From Lama guanicoe (lineage: Eukaryota), in contig MU054338.1 in NCBI GenBank assembly GCA_013239625.1, forward strand, positions 6,860,724 through 6,924,723: a stretch of 64,000 nt of DNA, read 5' to 3'. Below are positions 21,101 through 29,104 of this stretch, in pieces. The notes beneath the pieces were generated by a model, which ran no database searches, was not told the origin of the DNA, and saw nothing but the letters and a program-made list of their open reading frames with translations. Position 1 is the stretch's first letter; every line of letters starts with the position of its first letter. The position numbers and the translations under genes were made by a program.

Positions 21101-21545
21101 CGTGGTACAGCTGAACTTCCTGAAGTTGCTGAGTGCCACGGCCCATCAGAGCTTCACATACTCCTGCCAAAACTCAGCTGCCTGGCTGGACGAAGCTGCA
21201 GGCGACTATGGTCGCTCCCTCCGTTTCCTCGGGACCAACGGGGAGGAGCTATCCTTCAACCAGACAGTAGCAGCCACCATCACTGTCCCCTATGATGGCT
21301 GCCGGGTAAGGGAGAGGGGCAGGGGCTGGCCAGAGTGGGGGAGGGGAAGCCACTGCTGCCCTTCCCCTGATTAACCATCCATATCTTCCCGTGATCAGCT
21401 CCGGAAGGGACAGACGAAGACCCTCTTGGAGTTCAGCTCTTCCCGAGTGGGGTTTCTGCCCCTGTGGGACGTGGCAGCCTCTGATTTTGGCCAGACGAAC
21501 CAGAAGTTTGGGTTTGAACTGGGACCTGTCTGCTTCAGCAGCTGA
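84..21545 (+). CDS. COL5A3: Collagen alpha-3(V) chain, 5'-partial spliced CDS (46 exons, 3387 nt = 1128 aa + stop; start lies upstream of the window)
   Basis: 41 phase-0 exons of 36/45/54/90/108 bp, each AG-flanked and ending at GT (one GC), give an unbroken Gly-X-Y repeat. They are followed by a fibrillar-collagen C-propeptide ([11 protein letters not shown]...[12 protein letters not shown]) matching alpha-3(V) as I recall it. Adjacent OLFM2 matches known COL5A3-OLFM2 synteny. Confidence 0.97.
279..332 (+). CDS. COL5A3: COL5A3 helix exon (54 bp) [18 protein letters not shown]
   Basis: cag|GGT...CAG|gtttga. Confidence 0.94.
467..511 (+). CDS. COL5A3: COL5A3 helix exon (45 bp) [15 protein letters not shown]
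   Basis: cag|GGA...AAG|gtgagt. Confidence 0.94.
860..913 (+). CDS. COL5A3: COL5A3 helix exon (54 bp) [18 protein letters not shown]
   Basis: cag|GGT...CTG|gtgaga. Confidence 0.94.
1013..1057 (+). CDS. COL5A3: COL5A3 helix exon (45 bp) [15 protein letters not shown]
   Basis: cag|GGT...CAG|gtgagt. Confidence 0.94.
1202..1255 (+). CDS. COL5A3: COL5A3 helix exon (54 bp) [18 protein letters not shown]
   Basis: cag|GGT...AAG|gtaggt. Confidence 0.94.
1400..2280. repeat. Decayed minisatellite with core (A/C)(T/C)TGTAGCCAAG, about 22-23-bp period
   Basis: At least 10 recognisable cores, e.g. near 1560, 1733, 1819, 1910, 2002, 2130, 2212 and 2257. Confidence 0.65.
2645..2689 (+). CDS. COL5A3: COL5A3 helix exon (45 bp) [15 protein letters not shown]
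   Basis: cag|GGT...AAG|gtgaga. Confidence 0.94.
2796..2849 (+). CDS. COL5A3: COL5A3 helix exon (54 bp) [18 protein letters not shown]
   Basis: cag|GGA...CGG|gtaaga. Confidence 0.95.
2993..3100 (+). CDS. COL5A3: COL5A3 helix exon (108 bp) [13 protein letters not shown]...GLAGEK
   Basis: cag|GGG...AAG|gtgagt. Confidence 0.95.
3526..3579 (+). CDS. COL5A3: COL5A3 helix exon (54 bp) [18 protein letters not shown]
   Basis: cag|GGC...AAG|gtcaga. Confidence 0.95.
4538..4910 (-). mobile_element. MaLR solo LTR (MLT1A-like)
   Basis: Ends TTCAACATATGAATTTTTGGAGGACACATTCAGTCCTTTGCA, the reverse complement of the MLT1A 5' end as recalled; contains TTTAAACAACAGAAATTT. Confidence 0.7.
4925..5160 (-). mobile_element. 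MIR SINE (others at about 3240-3430, 25830-26010, 29900-30140, 36240-36490, 43710-43930, 47810-48010)
   Basis: MIR core: TTAATCCTCAC...GAGACTGATGCTCAGAGAGGTTAAGCCATTTGTCCAAGGCCACACAGCTAGT. Confidence 0.65.
5773..5826 (+). CDS. COL5A3: COL5A3 helix exon (54 bp) [18 protein letters not shown]
   Basis: tag|GGA...CGG|gtgagt. Confidence 0.94.
6696..6740 (+). CDS. COL5A3: COL5A3 helix exon (45 bp) [15 protein letters not shown]
   Basis: cag|GGG...CCA|gtaaga. Confidence 0.94.
6981..7034 (+). CDS. COL5A3: COL5A3 helix exon (54 bp) [18 protein letters not shown]
   Basis: cag|GGC...AAG|gtatgg. Confidence 0.94.
7149..7193 (+). CDS. COL5A3: COL5A3 helix exon (45 bp) [15 protein letters not shown]
   Basis: tag|GGT...AAG|gtgagt. 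Confidence 0.94.
7212..7232. repeat. (GT)n microsatellite
   Basis: About (GT)10 just after an exon donor. Confidence 0.9.
7571..7624 (+). CDS. COL5A3: COL5A3 helix exon (54 bp) [18 protein letters not shown]
   Basis: cag|GGC...CCT|gtaagt. Confidence 0.94.
7720..7773 (+). CDS. COL5A3: COL5A3 helix exon (54 bp) [18 protein letters not shown]
   Basis: cag|GGC...TTG|gtgagc. Confidence 0.94.
7863..7916 (+). CDS. COL5A3: COL5A3 helix exon (54 bp) [18 protein letters not shown]
   Basis: cag|GGC...CAG|gtcaga. Confidence 0.94.
8049..8156 (+). CDS. COL5A3: COL5A3 helix exon (108 bp) [12 protein letters not shown]...GREGAK
   Basis: cag|GGC...AAG|gtgaga. Confidence 0.95.
8331..8420 (+). CDS. COL5A3: COL5A3 helix exon (90 bp) [30 protein letters not shown]
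   Basis: cag|GGG...CCA|gtgagt. Confidence 0.94.
8684..8737 (+). CDS. COL5A3: COL5A3 helix exon (54 bp) [18 protein letters not shown]
   Basis: cag|GGA...AAC|gtaagt. Confidence 0.94.
9030..9530. mobile_element. L2 LINE fragment (similar at about 19330-19950, 37450-38000, 54500-54950, 56930-57250, 62740-63270)
   Basis: L2-typical text GGGAAAGCCTCCTGAGAAGGTGACATTTGA...CCAGGCAGAAGGAGCAGCATGTGCAAAG. Confidence 0.6.
9626..9733 (+). CDS. COL5A3: COL5A3 helix exon (108 bp) [14 protein letters not shown]...GEKGSP
   Basis: cag|GGC...CCG|gtaagt. Confidence 0.95.
9835..9942 (+). CDS. COL5A3: COL5A3 helix exon (108 bp) [13 protein letters not shown]...GEEGDK
   Basis: cag|GGT...AAG|gtgaga. Confidence 0.95.
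10031..10084 (+). CDS. COL5A3: COL5A3 helix exon (54 bp) [18 protein letters not shown]
   Basis: cag|GGG...GCG|gtgagt. Confidence 0.94.
10519..10572 (+). CDS. COL5A3: COL5A3 helix exon (54 bp) [18 protein letters not shown]
   Basis: cag|GGC...CCG|gtgagt. Confidence 0.94.
11207..11314 (+). CDS. COL5A3: COL5A3 helix exon (108 bp) [18 protein letters not shown]...GPPGLQ
   Basis: cag|GGA...CAG|gtaggt. Confidence 0.95.
11391..11444 (+). CDS. COL5A3: COL5A3 helix exon (54 bp) [18 protein letters not shown]
   Basis: cag|GGA...ATG|gtatgg. Confidence 0.94.
11535..11666 (-). mobile_element. Short retroposed insertion with poly(A) tail and 17-bp TSD; LTR-like body
   Basis: TSD GGGTACACTGTCATTTT 11518-11534 and GGGTACATCGTCATTTT 11667-11683, followed by AA (TTTT/AA L1 endonuclease site); T-tract at the left end. 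Confidence 0.7.
11785..11838 (+). CDS. COL5A3: COL5A3 helix exon (54 bp) [18 protein letters not shown]
   Basis: tag|GGT...GAG|gtgagg. Confidence 0.94.
11949..12002 (+). CDS. COL5A3: COL5A3 helix exon (54 bp) [18 protein letters not shown]
   Basis: cag|GGT...AAG|gtgaga. Confidence 0.93.
12120..12173 (+). CDS. COL5A3: COL5A3 helix exon (54 bp) [18 protein letters not shown]
   Basis: cag|GGT...CCT|gtgagt. Confidence 0.94.
12710..12817 (+). CDS. COL5A3: COL5A3 helix exon (108 bp) [13 protein letters not shown]...GTKGNV
   Basis: tag|GGT...GTG|gtaagt. Confidence 0.95.
13473..13526 (+). CDS. COL5A3: COL5A3 helix exon (54 bp) [18 protein letters not shown]
   Basis: cag|GGC...TCA|gtgagt. Confidence 0.94.
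13715..13768 (+). CDS. COL5A3: COL5A3 helix exon (54 bp) [18 protein letters not shown]
   Basis: cag|GGT...CCG|gtgagt. Confidence 0.94.
14044..14097 (+). CDS. COL5A3: COL5A3 helix exon (54 bp) [18 protein letters not shown]
   Basis: tag|GGT...AGG|gtaagt. Confidence 0.94.
14252..14305 (+). CDS. COL5A3: COL5A3 helix exon (54 bp) [18 protein letters not shown]
   Basis: cag|GGT...AAA|gtgagt. Confidence 0.94.
14453..14560 (+). CDS. COL5A3: COL5A3 helix exon (108 bp) [13 protein letters not shown]...GIPGPV
   Basis: cag|GGG...GTG|gtgagt. Confidence 0.95.
14720..14773 (+). CDS. COL5A3: COL5A3 helix exon (54 bp) [18 protein letters not shown]
   Basis: tag|GGT...CTG|gtaaga. Confidence 0.94.
15273..15326 (+). 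CDS. COL5A3: COL5A3 helix exon (54 bp) [18 protein letters not shown], non-canonical GC donor
   Basis: cag|GGG...AAG|gcaagg; the 54-bp rule and the KGEK|GHIG continuation fix the boundary. Confidence 0.9.
15523..15630 (+). CDS. COL5A3: COL5A3 helix exon (108 bp) [13 protein letters not shown]...GLQGEP
   Basis: cag|GGC...CCT|gtgagt. Confidence 0.95.
15926..15979 (+). CDS. COL5A3: COL5A3 helix exon (54 bp) [18 protein letters not shown]
   Basis: cag|GGC...GCG|gtgagt. Confidence 0.94.
16058..16093 (+). CDS. COL5A3: COL5A3 helix exon (36 bp) [12 protein letters not shown]
   Basis: cag|GGT...CCG|gtgagt. Confidence 0.92.
16238..16400. mobile_element. Tc2/Kanga-type MITE (MER104-like) fragment
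   Basis: TATTTTATCAAATCTAAGATGCCATCAGTTGTAAGATGCACC resembles the MER104 terminus as recalled. Confidence 0.5.
16506..16559 (+). CDS. COL5A3: COL5A3 last full helix exon (54 bp) [18 protein letters not shown] (contains RGD at 16521-16529)
   Basis: cag|GGA...CCT|gtgagt. Confidence 0.94.
17114..17321 (+). CDS. COL5A3: COL5A3 C-telopeptide/C-propeptide exon (208 bp) [15 protein letters not shown]...HPHLPD
   Basis: cag|GGT...GAC G|gtgagg; polybasic furin-type site at 17141-17155. Confidence 0.94.
17404..17516 (+). CDS. COL5A3: COL5A3 C-propeptide exon (113 bp) [38 protein letters not shown]
   Basis: cag|GG...ACC|gtgagt; hallmark COLFI motif. Confidence 0.96.
19057..19125 (+). CDS. COL5A3: COL5A3 C-propeptide exon (69 bp) [23 protein letters not shown]
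   Basis: cag|GTG...AAG|gtgagt; typical type V/XI 69-bp exon. Confidence 0.95.
20315..20900. mobile_element. hAT-Charlie (Charlie1/MER33-like) DNA transposon fossil interrupted by a SINE
   Basis: ATATATTTTATTTAACCCAATATATCCAAAATATT and GGCCACATTTCAGGTGCTCAATAGCCACA motifs. Confidence 0.65.
20521..20698 (+). mobile_element. tRNA-derived SINE (Vic-1-like)
   Basis: GGGGAGGGTATAGCTCAGTGGTAGAGC head (A box), degenerate B box, AAAT tail; TSD GAAAAAG(C/T)AGATTCA at 20506-20520 and 20699-20713. Confidence 0.85.
21066..21305 (+). CDS. COL5A3: COL5A3 C-propeptide exon (240 bp) [22 protein letters not shown]...YDGCR
   Basis: cag|TTC...CGG|gtaagg. Confidence 0.96.
21399..21545 (+). CDS. COL5A3: COL5A3 terminal coding exon [12 protein letters not shown]...GPVCFSS*
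   Basis: cag|CTC...TGA; stop at 21543-21545. Confidence 0.96.
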   Translation, partial: LRKGQTKTLLEFSSSRVGFLPLWDVAASDFGQTNQKFGFELGPVCFSS

Positions 21546-22385
21546 GAGCTTCGGGGGGTGGGAGGGACAAGTGAGGGAGCCCCAGACAGGGCACGTTTGG
21601 TGCTGAGGCTTTGAAGCCACCATATTTATCGTCTCCTATGACTGTGGAGCCAGGGGAGAGTCTGCTCATCACGGTCAAGCAGTATTCCTTCTCCATTCCA
21701 GGAGTCTGGGTGCTGGACTCCCCTGGCCCATGAGTCCAGTTTCCCTGCACTGCACCCCAGCTGGCATAATGGTAGACTGGCTCTTTCTCCCCTCCATGCT
21801 CACTGAACAATCAACTCCCTCCCCTTGAACCTCCATGCAATGAACTTCTAACTCAGAGCTGATGAATGCCCCCCATGCCTGCCTCCCACCCCTCAGTCAG
21901 TGCTCTCAACACCCTTTGGTGCTACCTTCCCCATAGTTAAGCACTGGATGTCTCCTGATCCCAGGCTGGGACTCCTTCACTCATTTCTATTTTCAGGTGG
22001 GTTCACAGTGAAGGGACTGAAGTCAGACCACAGAGGGAAGTGGGACTTCCCTGGACTGAGCTGTGTGCTCCTGCTGCTGCCTCAGCCCAGCTCTAAATAC
22101 TGCCTCCCTCCATATCTCCCCCCAGCGCACCTTGCCATGCCAGATGGTTTGGGGGACCAAGATGGTGGGCGTAAGTCAGGATCCTAATGGTGCTGCCCTA
22201 TTTATACCTGGGTCTGTATTAAAAGGGAAAATCCCCTCTGTTATATATTTAATCTGCTTCCTCCTTAGAAAGGCTGGGATATGATGAGAGAGATTCTAGC
22301 AGGACCCCATCCCTGCCCCCCGGGCCATAGGGCATAATTGGCATCTCAAGTCTGAGAATAAACTAGTAAACTGTGTCCCTGTCTG
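21546..22385 (+). other. COL5A3: COL5A3 3'UTR (end approximate)
   Basis: Runs from the stop codon to AATAAA at 22357, followed by GT/T-rich sequence; contains TGGTGCT seed matches. Confidence 0.75.
22357..22362 (+). terminator. COL5A3 polyadenylation signal AATAAA (alternative ATTAAA at 22218-22223)
   Basis: AATAAA followed by TGTGTCCCTGTCTGTGTCTTT, a GU-rich downstream element. Confidence 0.75.
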
Positions 22386-22929
22386 TGTCTTTCATCTGAT
22401 GCTGGCCATATCTCTCTTGGGTTCTAACTCTGGTCTCAACTGAGGTAACTGCCACCCCCTGTCTTTTTTTTTTGCTCCCTGCTCTGCCCTCTTGTTTATT
22501 TTATTTTATTTTTTTCTCCTTTTTCAGTTTTATTAGGTAGAATTATTACAGTTCAACTCTACATACACATTATATTGTGTGTAAATACATATGTACAGTA
22601 TACTGCACCTTTTTTAGTTTACATAATGTACTAATTATTTTTTCTAAGAACAAATTAGATTTTTAGCTTTTTAAACTTACACAGTTATCAAAGGAATAAA
22701 GCCAACTACAAAATAAGAATCAGTAGAATGTGGTAATCCAATCATAAAGGACAGTCAAATGTGCTTACACATATTCAAGGAATCAAAATAATAATTAGTT
22801 CATTGTCTTAATAATTGTGTCTTTTGGTGGAGGTAGCTTTGGGACTGGGGGAAACCAATTATAGTGGGACTCACTGGAGGTGAGTTTATTAACTTAGGCT
22901 CCTAGAGGAAAAGTTGAAAAAGTAGTCAG

Positions 22930-22965
22930 TTCTCTAAGAGAGTAGAGCTTAAATGTTCTCACGAC

Positions 22966-22998
<33 letters not shown>

Positions 22999-23146
22999 AA
23001 TGGTAAATGTGTGACATGATGGAGGTGTTAGCTAATGCTATGTTGGTACTCATTCTGCAATATATGTGTATCAAATCAACATGTTACACACCTTAACTGT
23101 ACCCAGTGTTGGATGTCTGTTATATCTCAATAAAGCTGGAAAAAAC
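22930..23146 (+). mobile_element. L1 3' end fragment with an internal poly(A) run
   Basis: AGAGTAGAGCTTAAATGTTCTCA...TATCAAATCAACATGTTACACACCTTAA...TATATCTCAATAAAGCTGGAAAAAA. Confidence 0.75.
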
Positions 23147-23721
23147 TGTGAACCTATTAGGAAGACATCAAACTTTAAAAAAGAAAAAAGGAAAAAGCCA
23201 GATTTCCATACTGACCTTGATTAGTCCTGGAATCAAACTGGCTGAACTAAGGGGAAGGGGATGTCTCAAGAGGTGACATGGAATGTGGTTTTGGTCTGAG
23301 ATAAAATAACTAGGGGTCCAATGTCTGAGTGGCAAGTCAGGGGAGTGAGTTAGGGGTGAAGCGAATTGAGTTAGGAGTTGATCCTTGGAGTGAGTTGGAG
23401 GTTAACGGTTAGGGGTAGGGTAAATTACACTGAAGTGGATTGAAGATGAGTTGAGTTGGAGATTGGTTTGAAGTGAGTTCAGTCAGTTGAGTCGGAGATT
23501 GGAATGATGAGTGGATTGAGTTAAGGGTTTGGAATTGGATATTGGGTTGAACAGAATTAGGGCTGATTTAAGAAGTAGGATGAACTAAGTAGAGGTAAGT
23601 AGGGGTTATTATGAGTATGGGGTGGTGATGGCCACTTTGATGAGTCAAAATGGATTAGCTAAGATGAGAGCTGGGTTTGGGGTGACTTGAATTGGGAGTT
23701 AGATGTTGGGTTGAGGGTTTA

Positions 23722-24132
23722 AAAAACCAGTTCATAGAGAAATAATTCACATACCATATAATCCACCCATTTAAAGTATATAATTAAATGGTTTTTAGTA
23801 TATTCATAGGCTTGTGCAACCATCACCACAATCCATTCTGAAACATTTTCATCACCTCAGAAAGATACCCCATATCCATTAGCAGTCACTCACTGTCTCC
23901 TCCAAACCTCTCAGCGGTAGGAAACCACTCATCTTTCTCTATGCGTTTGTCTATTCTAGACATTTCATATAAATGGAATCATATCATATGTGGTCCTCTG
24001 TGTCTGGCTTCTTTCATTTAGCATAATAATTTCATAGTTCATGTTGCAGCATGCATCAGAATGTCATTCCTTTTTACTGTTGAATAATAATTTCCTGCAC
24101 TTTATTTATCCATTAATCAGTTGATAGACATT
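23722..24132 (-). mobile_element. Old L1 (L1MB-like) 3' fragment
   Basis: AAATAATTCACATACCATATAATCCACCCATTTAAAGT...TTTCATATAAATGGAATCATA. Confidence 0.75.
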
Positions 24133-25124
24133 GTTGAGTTGAGTTAGGAGAGTTGGAGGGCTGGTTTGAATTAAGTTGAGTCAGGTGAGAGTGGGTAGGT
24201 AGAGGCAGCAGGCTGGAGTGAGCTGCCTCCCCCAAATCCAGGGCTTATTCTACAGTTTCTGCTACCAGGCCCTCTAAGGCCACCTGAATACTTGCCCTGC
24301 ATTCCTTCCTTCATTCCATAAATACCACTTAGAGTCTTAACTCTATGAAGAATGTTGGTGTCCAGAGGTTAATTGATAAGTTCACTCATTTATTTGCTTA
24401 CTCATTCATTTGTTTAGTTCTGTTGAGTGTTCACTCAGCACCGGGCACTGTTCCAGATGCTGGGAATAGAAGAAAGATGTGCTGTCTGCCCTCAGGATCT
24501 TACTTCCGAGGAAAATTGGTCTTACGCCAATAAATAGCTAAATAACGTAACTTTAAGTAGTAGTAATTGTTGAGGGAAAATCAAAGTTACACAAATAGTG
24601 ATGGAGTGTGGTGGGTATTTGAAATAGGTTAGTGTCAGAAGAGGCTTCACTGAGGAGGTGACATTTGAGCAGAGACCTGAAGGATGTGAGGGAAGAGCCA
24701 GATGGAGTCTTGAGGAAATATCCCTCACATAGTGAAGAACCCAGAAACTCTCAAATACCAATCAGGGCTCTTAAGGGGATGGTGTTTCTCTTGGTCACCT
24801 ATTCTCCAGATAAGCTTCTTTTGCTGATTTCTTCACCCTGAGTTCATGTCTGTCAACCCAAATGTAGACCTGAGCCTGCTTTCCTTTTAGTTCCTCTATC
24901 AAACATCTTTAACTCAAGAATGCATGTGGTAACACCAATGCTGTGTGTTATTTCCCTCTTCCTGGGTACACATAATTGAGATCACATCTCCCAGAGTCCC
25001 TTGCTGGGAGTTAGGCTGGGTCCATGGGACTGGTTCTTGGCCAATGGGACGTGAGTAGCCATAAAACCTCCTGCATAGCCCTCCTTGTTCTTTCTCCCCA
25101 TTCCATGATGACTTTGGAGATTAT

Positions 25125-25329
25125 ATGTGTAATCTGGGGTTAGGGAAACCAACCTACATGCAGTCAAAAATCTGCATATAACTTTAAAGTTGGCTCTCTG
25201 TGTCTGCAGTTCTGAATCTGTGGGTTTAACAAACGTCAGATCATGTAGTACTATATGTATGTATTGAAAAAAATCCACATATACGTGGACCCACACAGTC
25301 CCATCCCATGTTGTTCTAGGTTCAATTGG
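25125..25329. mobile_element. Tigger2-family MITE fragment
   Basis: GAAAAAAATCCACATATACGTGGACCCACACAGT...TGTTGTTCTAGGTTCAATTG terminus. Confidence 0.55.
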
Positions 25330-28300
25330 ACTTGGAGGAACGCTGCCAAGGAGGCCTCCATTAGCTATGACCAAGAAGCAACTTGATTGTTTTAAACCCT
25401 TGAGATTTTGGGGAGTTGCTTGTTACAGCAGCTATCATGAATTATCATGACTAATCCAGTGAATGAATCCAAATTTTACTGAAAGTCGGCATGTAAGCTT
25501 GGGTGCAAACCAGGAAGTCTCACTGCAGGAAAATCAACAAGTTAAAAATTTTCTACTGAGTATCCTTATCCTCAGAAGCGCCCACTGCTGTGAATTTGTC
25601 GTGGGAGGTGTGTTCTCCCCAAATCCAGATTTTCTACCATTCTGTTGGCCTCTCCCAACCTTCCCTCCCTAACACCTCTCCTTGCCTACACTCTCCACTC
25701 TCTTCCTCAAAGGTGGTCTATGCTGTGATCAAATTTCTCTCTTTCTTATGAAGAACCATCCCCTCAACTTTTCTTTTGGACTCTATCTTCACGCCCACAT
25801 GATCCATGATTAGTTCAATGAACACTATTAATGATGATGATAATGACCATTGATTGTCTACATGCCACACACTGTTCCTCAGATGTTTTCCCTGCATGGA
25901 TGTATTTATCCCTCATCACAACCTTTGAGGAAGGTTCTGTTACCATCCCCATTTGGCAGATAAGGGAGCGGAGAAATGGAGAGGTAGGGAGTAACTTGCC
26001 CAGAGTCTAGAGCTAATGATTTTGCTAAACAACAAGCCATCCTCTCCCTGAAGTGAATTATTTCCATCGTAATTTCAAGATTTACATCCAATAACAGCCC
26101 AGGGTTTGAATGCAGGTCAGCTGGTATTAGCTTCTGCAACTCCAATTCCTTGCTGGTATAGGTATTTTGGAGGGGAGGAACAATTAATAGTGTAATGAGG
26201 ACTCTTTAATGAGCTAAAAAGCTCATTAAAGAATTAGAAACTCAGCCCTGCTAAATTACAGGGTAATTGACAAAGGTGTAAGGAGGGAATTCTAAGGCCT
26301 CACATGCTCAGCTCTGTGTATTTACTTGGCATCATCACCGGCACCCGGGAGGCTGCTGGGAAAACCCTCAGCTGATTTGCATATTCAGCCGCCATAATTA
26401 ATCACACATCTTGTGCTTCATGAGCAATTACACTGAAGCTGGGAACGGGGCGGGGCAGCCAGCCTGCATCAAACCTGTGGCTTGATATGTGGTTGTAGGT
26501 GGTGGTGAAGTAGAGGATTTTACACATATGCGCTCATGAATCATTGAGAGGCACACAGTGATATACAGACCTAGGGCCCGTGGCATCAGACCCTCATCTT
26601 GTCACCTCCTTCCCAACCCCTTTGCCACCACAGCTGCAGGTCATGTCCCAGACCCATAGGCAGACTCGGAGTACATACCCTTATACCCTCAGCTGGATCC
26701 AGGTGTGCTGACACGCATAACAGGCCACACACACAGTTGCACACATAGAAATATAGAGAGAGAAACTTTGTAATAAATAAACTTTGTGTCCACCACCTAG
26801 CCTAAGAAATAAAGCACCCTACATACAACTGATGCCTCCTTGATATGTTTCTTCCATTGCATTCCTTTCCCTTCCCCACCAAGTGTAGATGAGTGTGGAG
26901 AATTGAGAATGTTTGTTTACTTTTGATAAAATGTACAAAAAATAAAATTTAAACCATTTACCTATTTTAAGTGCCTGGTTCAGAGGCATTAACTGCATCC
27001 CCATTGCAGTGCAACCATCACATCACACCATCCATCTTCAGAAATTTTTCATCTTCCCCAATTGGAACTCTGTCCCCATCAAATGCTAGCTCCCTAATTT
27101 TTCCTTTCCCTGGGTTGGGGGAATTTTTGACCTCAGAATATTTCTCCGTGTTTACTGTACACAGGGAGCTGTATCCATGGCTGTGCTCAACATGATTTGG
27201 CAAGTTTCTAAAGTATCTCTAATGGTACAATACTGAACACGTCCTTTTGTGACTTGCTTTGTTAGCTCAGCCAGAGATTTTTATATCTTCTCCGTGTCGA
27301 CACAAGTATTTCTATTTTAATTGCTTTTAAAATGCTTACCTCAGCATAGTTAACTCTTCTCCTACGTATAAACTTTTAGGTGTCTCTCATTTTGTTCCTT
27401 CTCAAACATCACAGCGTGTGTGCACATGGGTAATTATCTCCAGGGTGTATAACTATGTAAGAATGGAAATTCTGGGCTAGGGGGAAGGGGCGTCTTCAGC
27501 TGTCCTGAGTATGAGCTTCAGGCTGGTTGCCCAAACCTCACTATGTCCCTTCAGCTCATCATTCTCCCGAAGCTCCCTGTTGGCCCCACCAAGATAAAGT
27601 CCAAGTTCCTCTATCTGCTGCTTTGGCCTCACTTGTCATTGTACTTCATGAGGAGACCTAGCCTCCTGAACCTTGAGGCCTCAGGACCTTTGCACGTGCT
27701 CTTTCTCTGTACATCACACTCTGCCAGCTCTTATTCATCCTTTAGGTTTCAGCTCTGGTGTCACACCCTGATGACCCCCAGGCTGGATCAGGACCCACCA
27801 GTCACACTCAGTGAACCCAGCCCATCTGTGAACGCACCTTACTCTTAACTCTCAATTACTTGAGATCAGGGCCGCCTGGTTCATAGCTACAAATCCAGTG
27901 CAGGCTGGGTCTGTATTGAGTGCCCTGTCTCTACTTGTGGATGGATGGAGGAGTCCTTGCATCTATCTCAGGGCTAGGGCGGCGGCTGCACAGAGACCTG
28001 GGCTCCAATCCCAGCTCTACCACTTCTAGCTCTGTGACCTCAGGCAAGTGGCTTAACCCCTCTGAATCCCTCACTTTCCTGTGAAACCCTTCCCATCGCT
28101 GCTGCAGGGGTTGAAATAAGCCCTGGCTGGGTCTGGCTCAGGGTAGACCACACTCGGTAGGATCTGCTGTGGTTTTGAGCCAAGTTCCGGCCCCATAACC
28201 TTGGATGAGGGTTTTGATCCTTCCTGGCTTGGCAGGGCTGGGAAGTGATGCTGGGTCTCCTTGTCCCGCCAACTCATGCCTCAATTCCCAGGCCCTTAAT

Positions 28301-29069
28301 GGGAACCACATGCACTGGACGCCTGCCCACCCACCGGCCCTCCCTCCTCCTCCTCCCCCAGAGAGGCCTCCTGAGTCATCCTGTCCACCTCCCTGCTTCT
28401 CACAGCTTCATTCCCACGCTATCCTGGCCTGGGTTCGTGTCAAAGGTGTCTGTGTCGTGTTGTGGGTCCCTGTGGTTCTGTAGGTGTGTGTGAACTGTCT
28501 GCCTGTATTGTCTGTGTCAGTGACTGTGTCTGAATTGTGGGTCTGTGGGTGGGTTTTACCCAAACTGCGGGACTCTGTTGTGTGTCTCTGTGTGTTTGTG
28601 TCTGTTTTGTGTGACTGTCTTGCAGCTTTGTGCCTGTTAATATATTAATGGCATGTCTGCATTGTGAATCTCCATGTCTGGGAATCTGCGTGCGTGAGCT
28701 GTGTGCTTGAATTCTCAGGTGCATGTATTTTTGGTGTTGGGGGTCTGTGTGTATATGGGGTCAGCTGTACGCAGGAGCGCTGGTCCTTGGGTAACTGCGG
28801 TTGTTCACCTCTGACGTTCTTCTACCATTTGATGGGGTGTGTGTGTGTGTTTCTGTGGGCCCTTGTGCTTAGAATGTGTATCTGGCTATGTGCTGCATGG
28901 GGCTGTGTATGCTGGTTCTGGGTGACACCGCTCTGTCTGAGCATGACATTGTGTCCGGGCCAAGTGTCTGGGTACAGTGTCCCTGGGTGGCTGTGTTTGC
29001 GTGTCAGCTCACTTGAGGCCAGGACTGGGCAACTAGGGGACAAATTCCTACCCTCACATGGTCATTCAG

Positions 29070-29071
<2 letters not shown>

Positions 29072-29103
<32 letters not shown>
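29072..29103. repeat. (TG)16 microsatellite
   Basis: Direct read. Confidence 0.95.
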
Positions 29104-29104
<1 letters not shown>

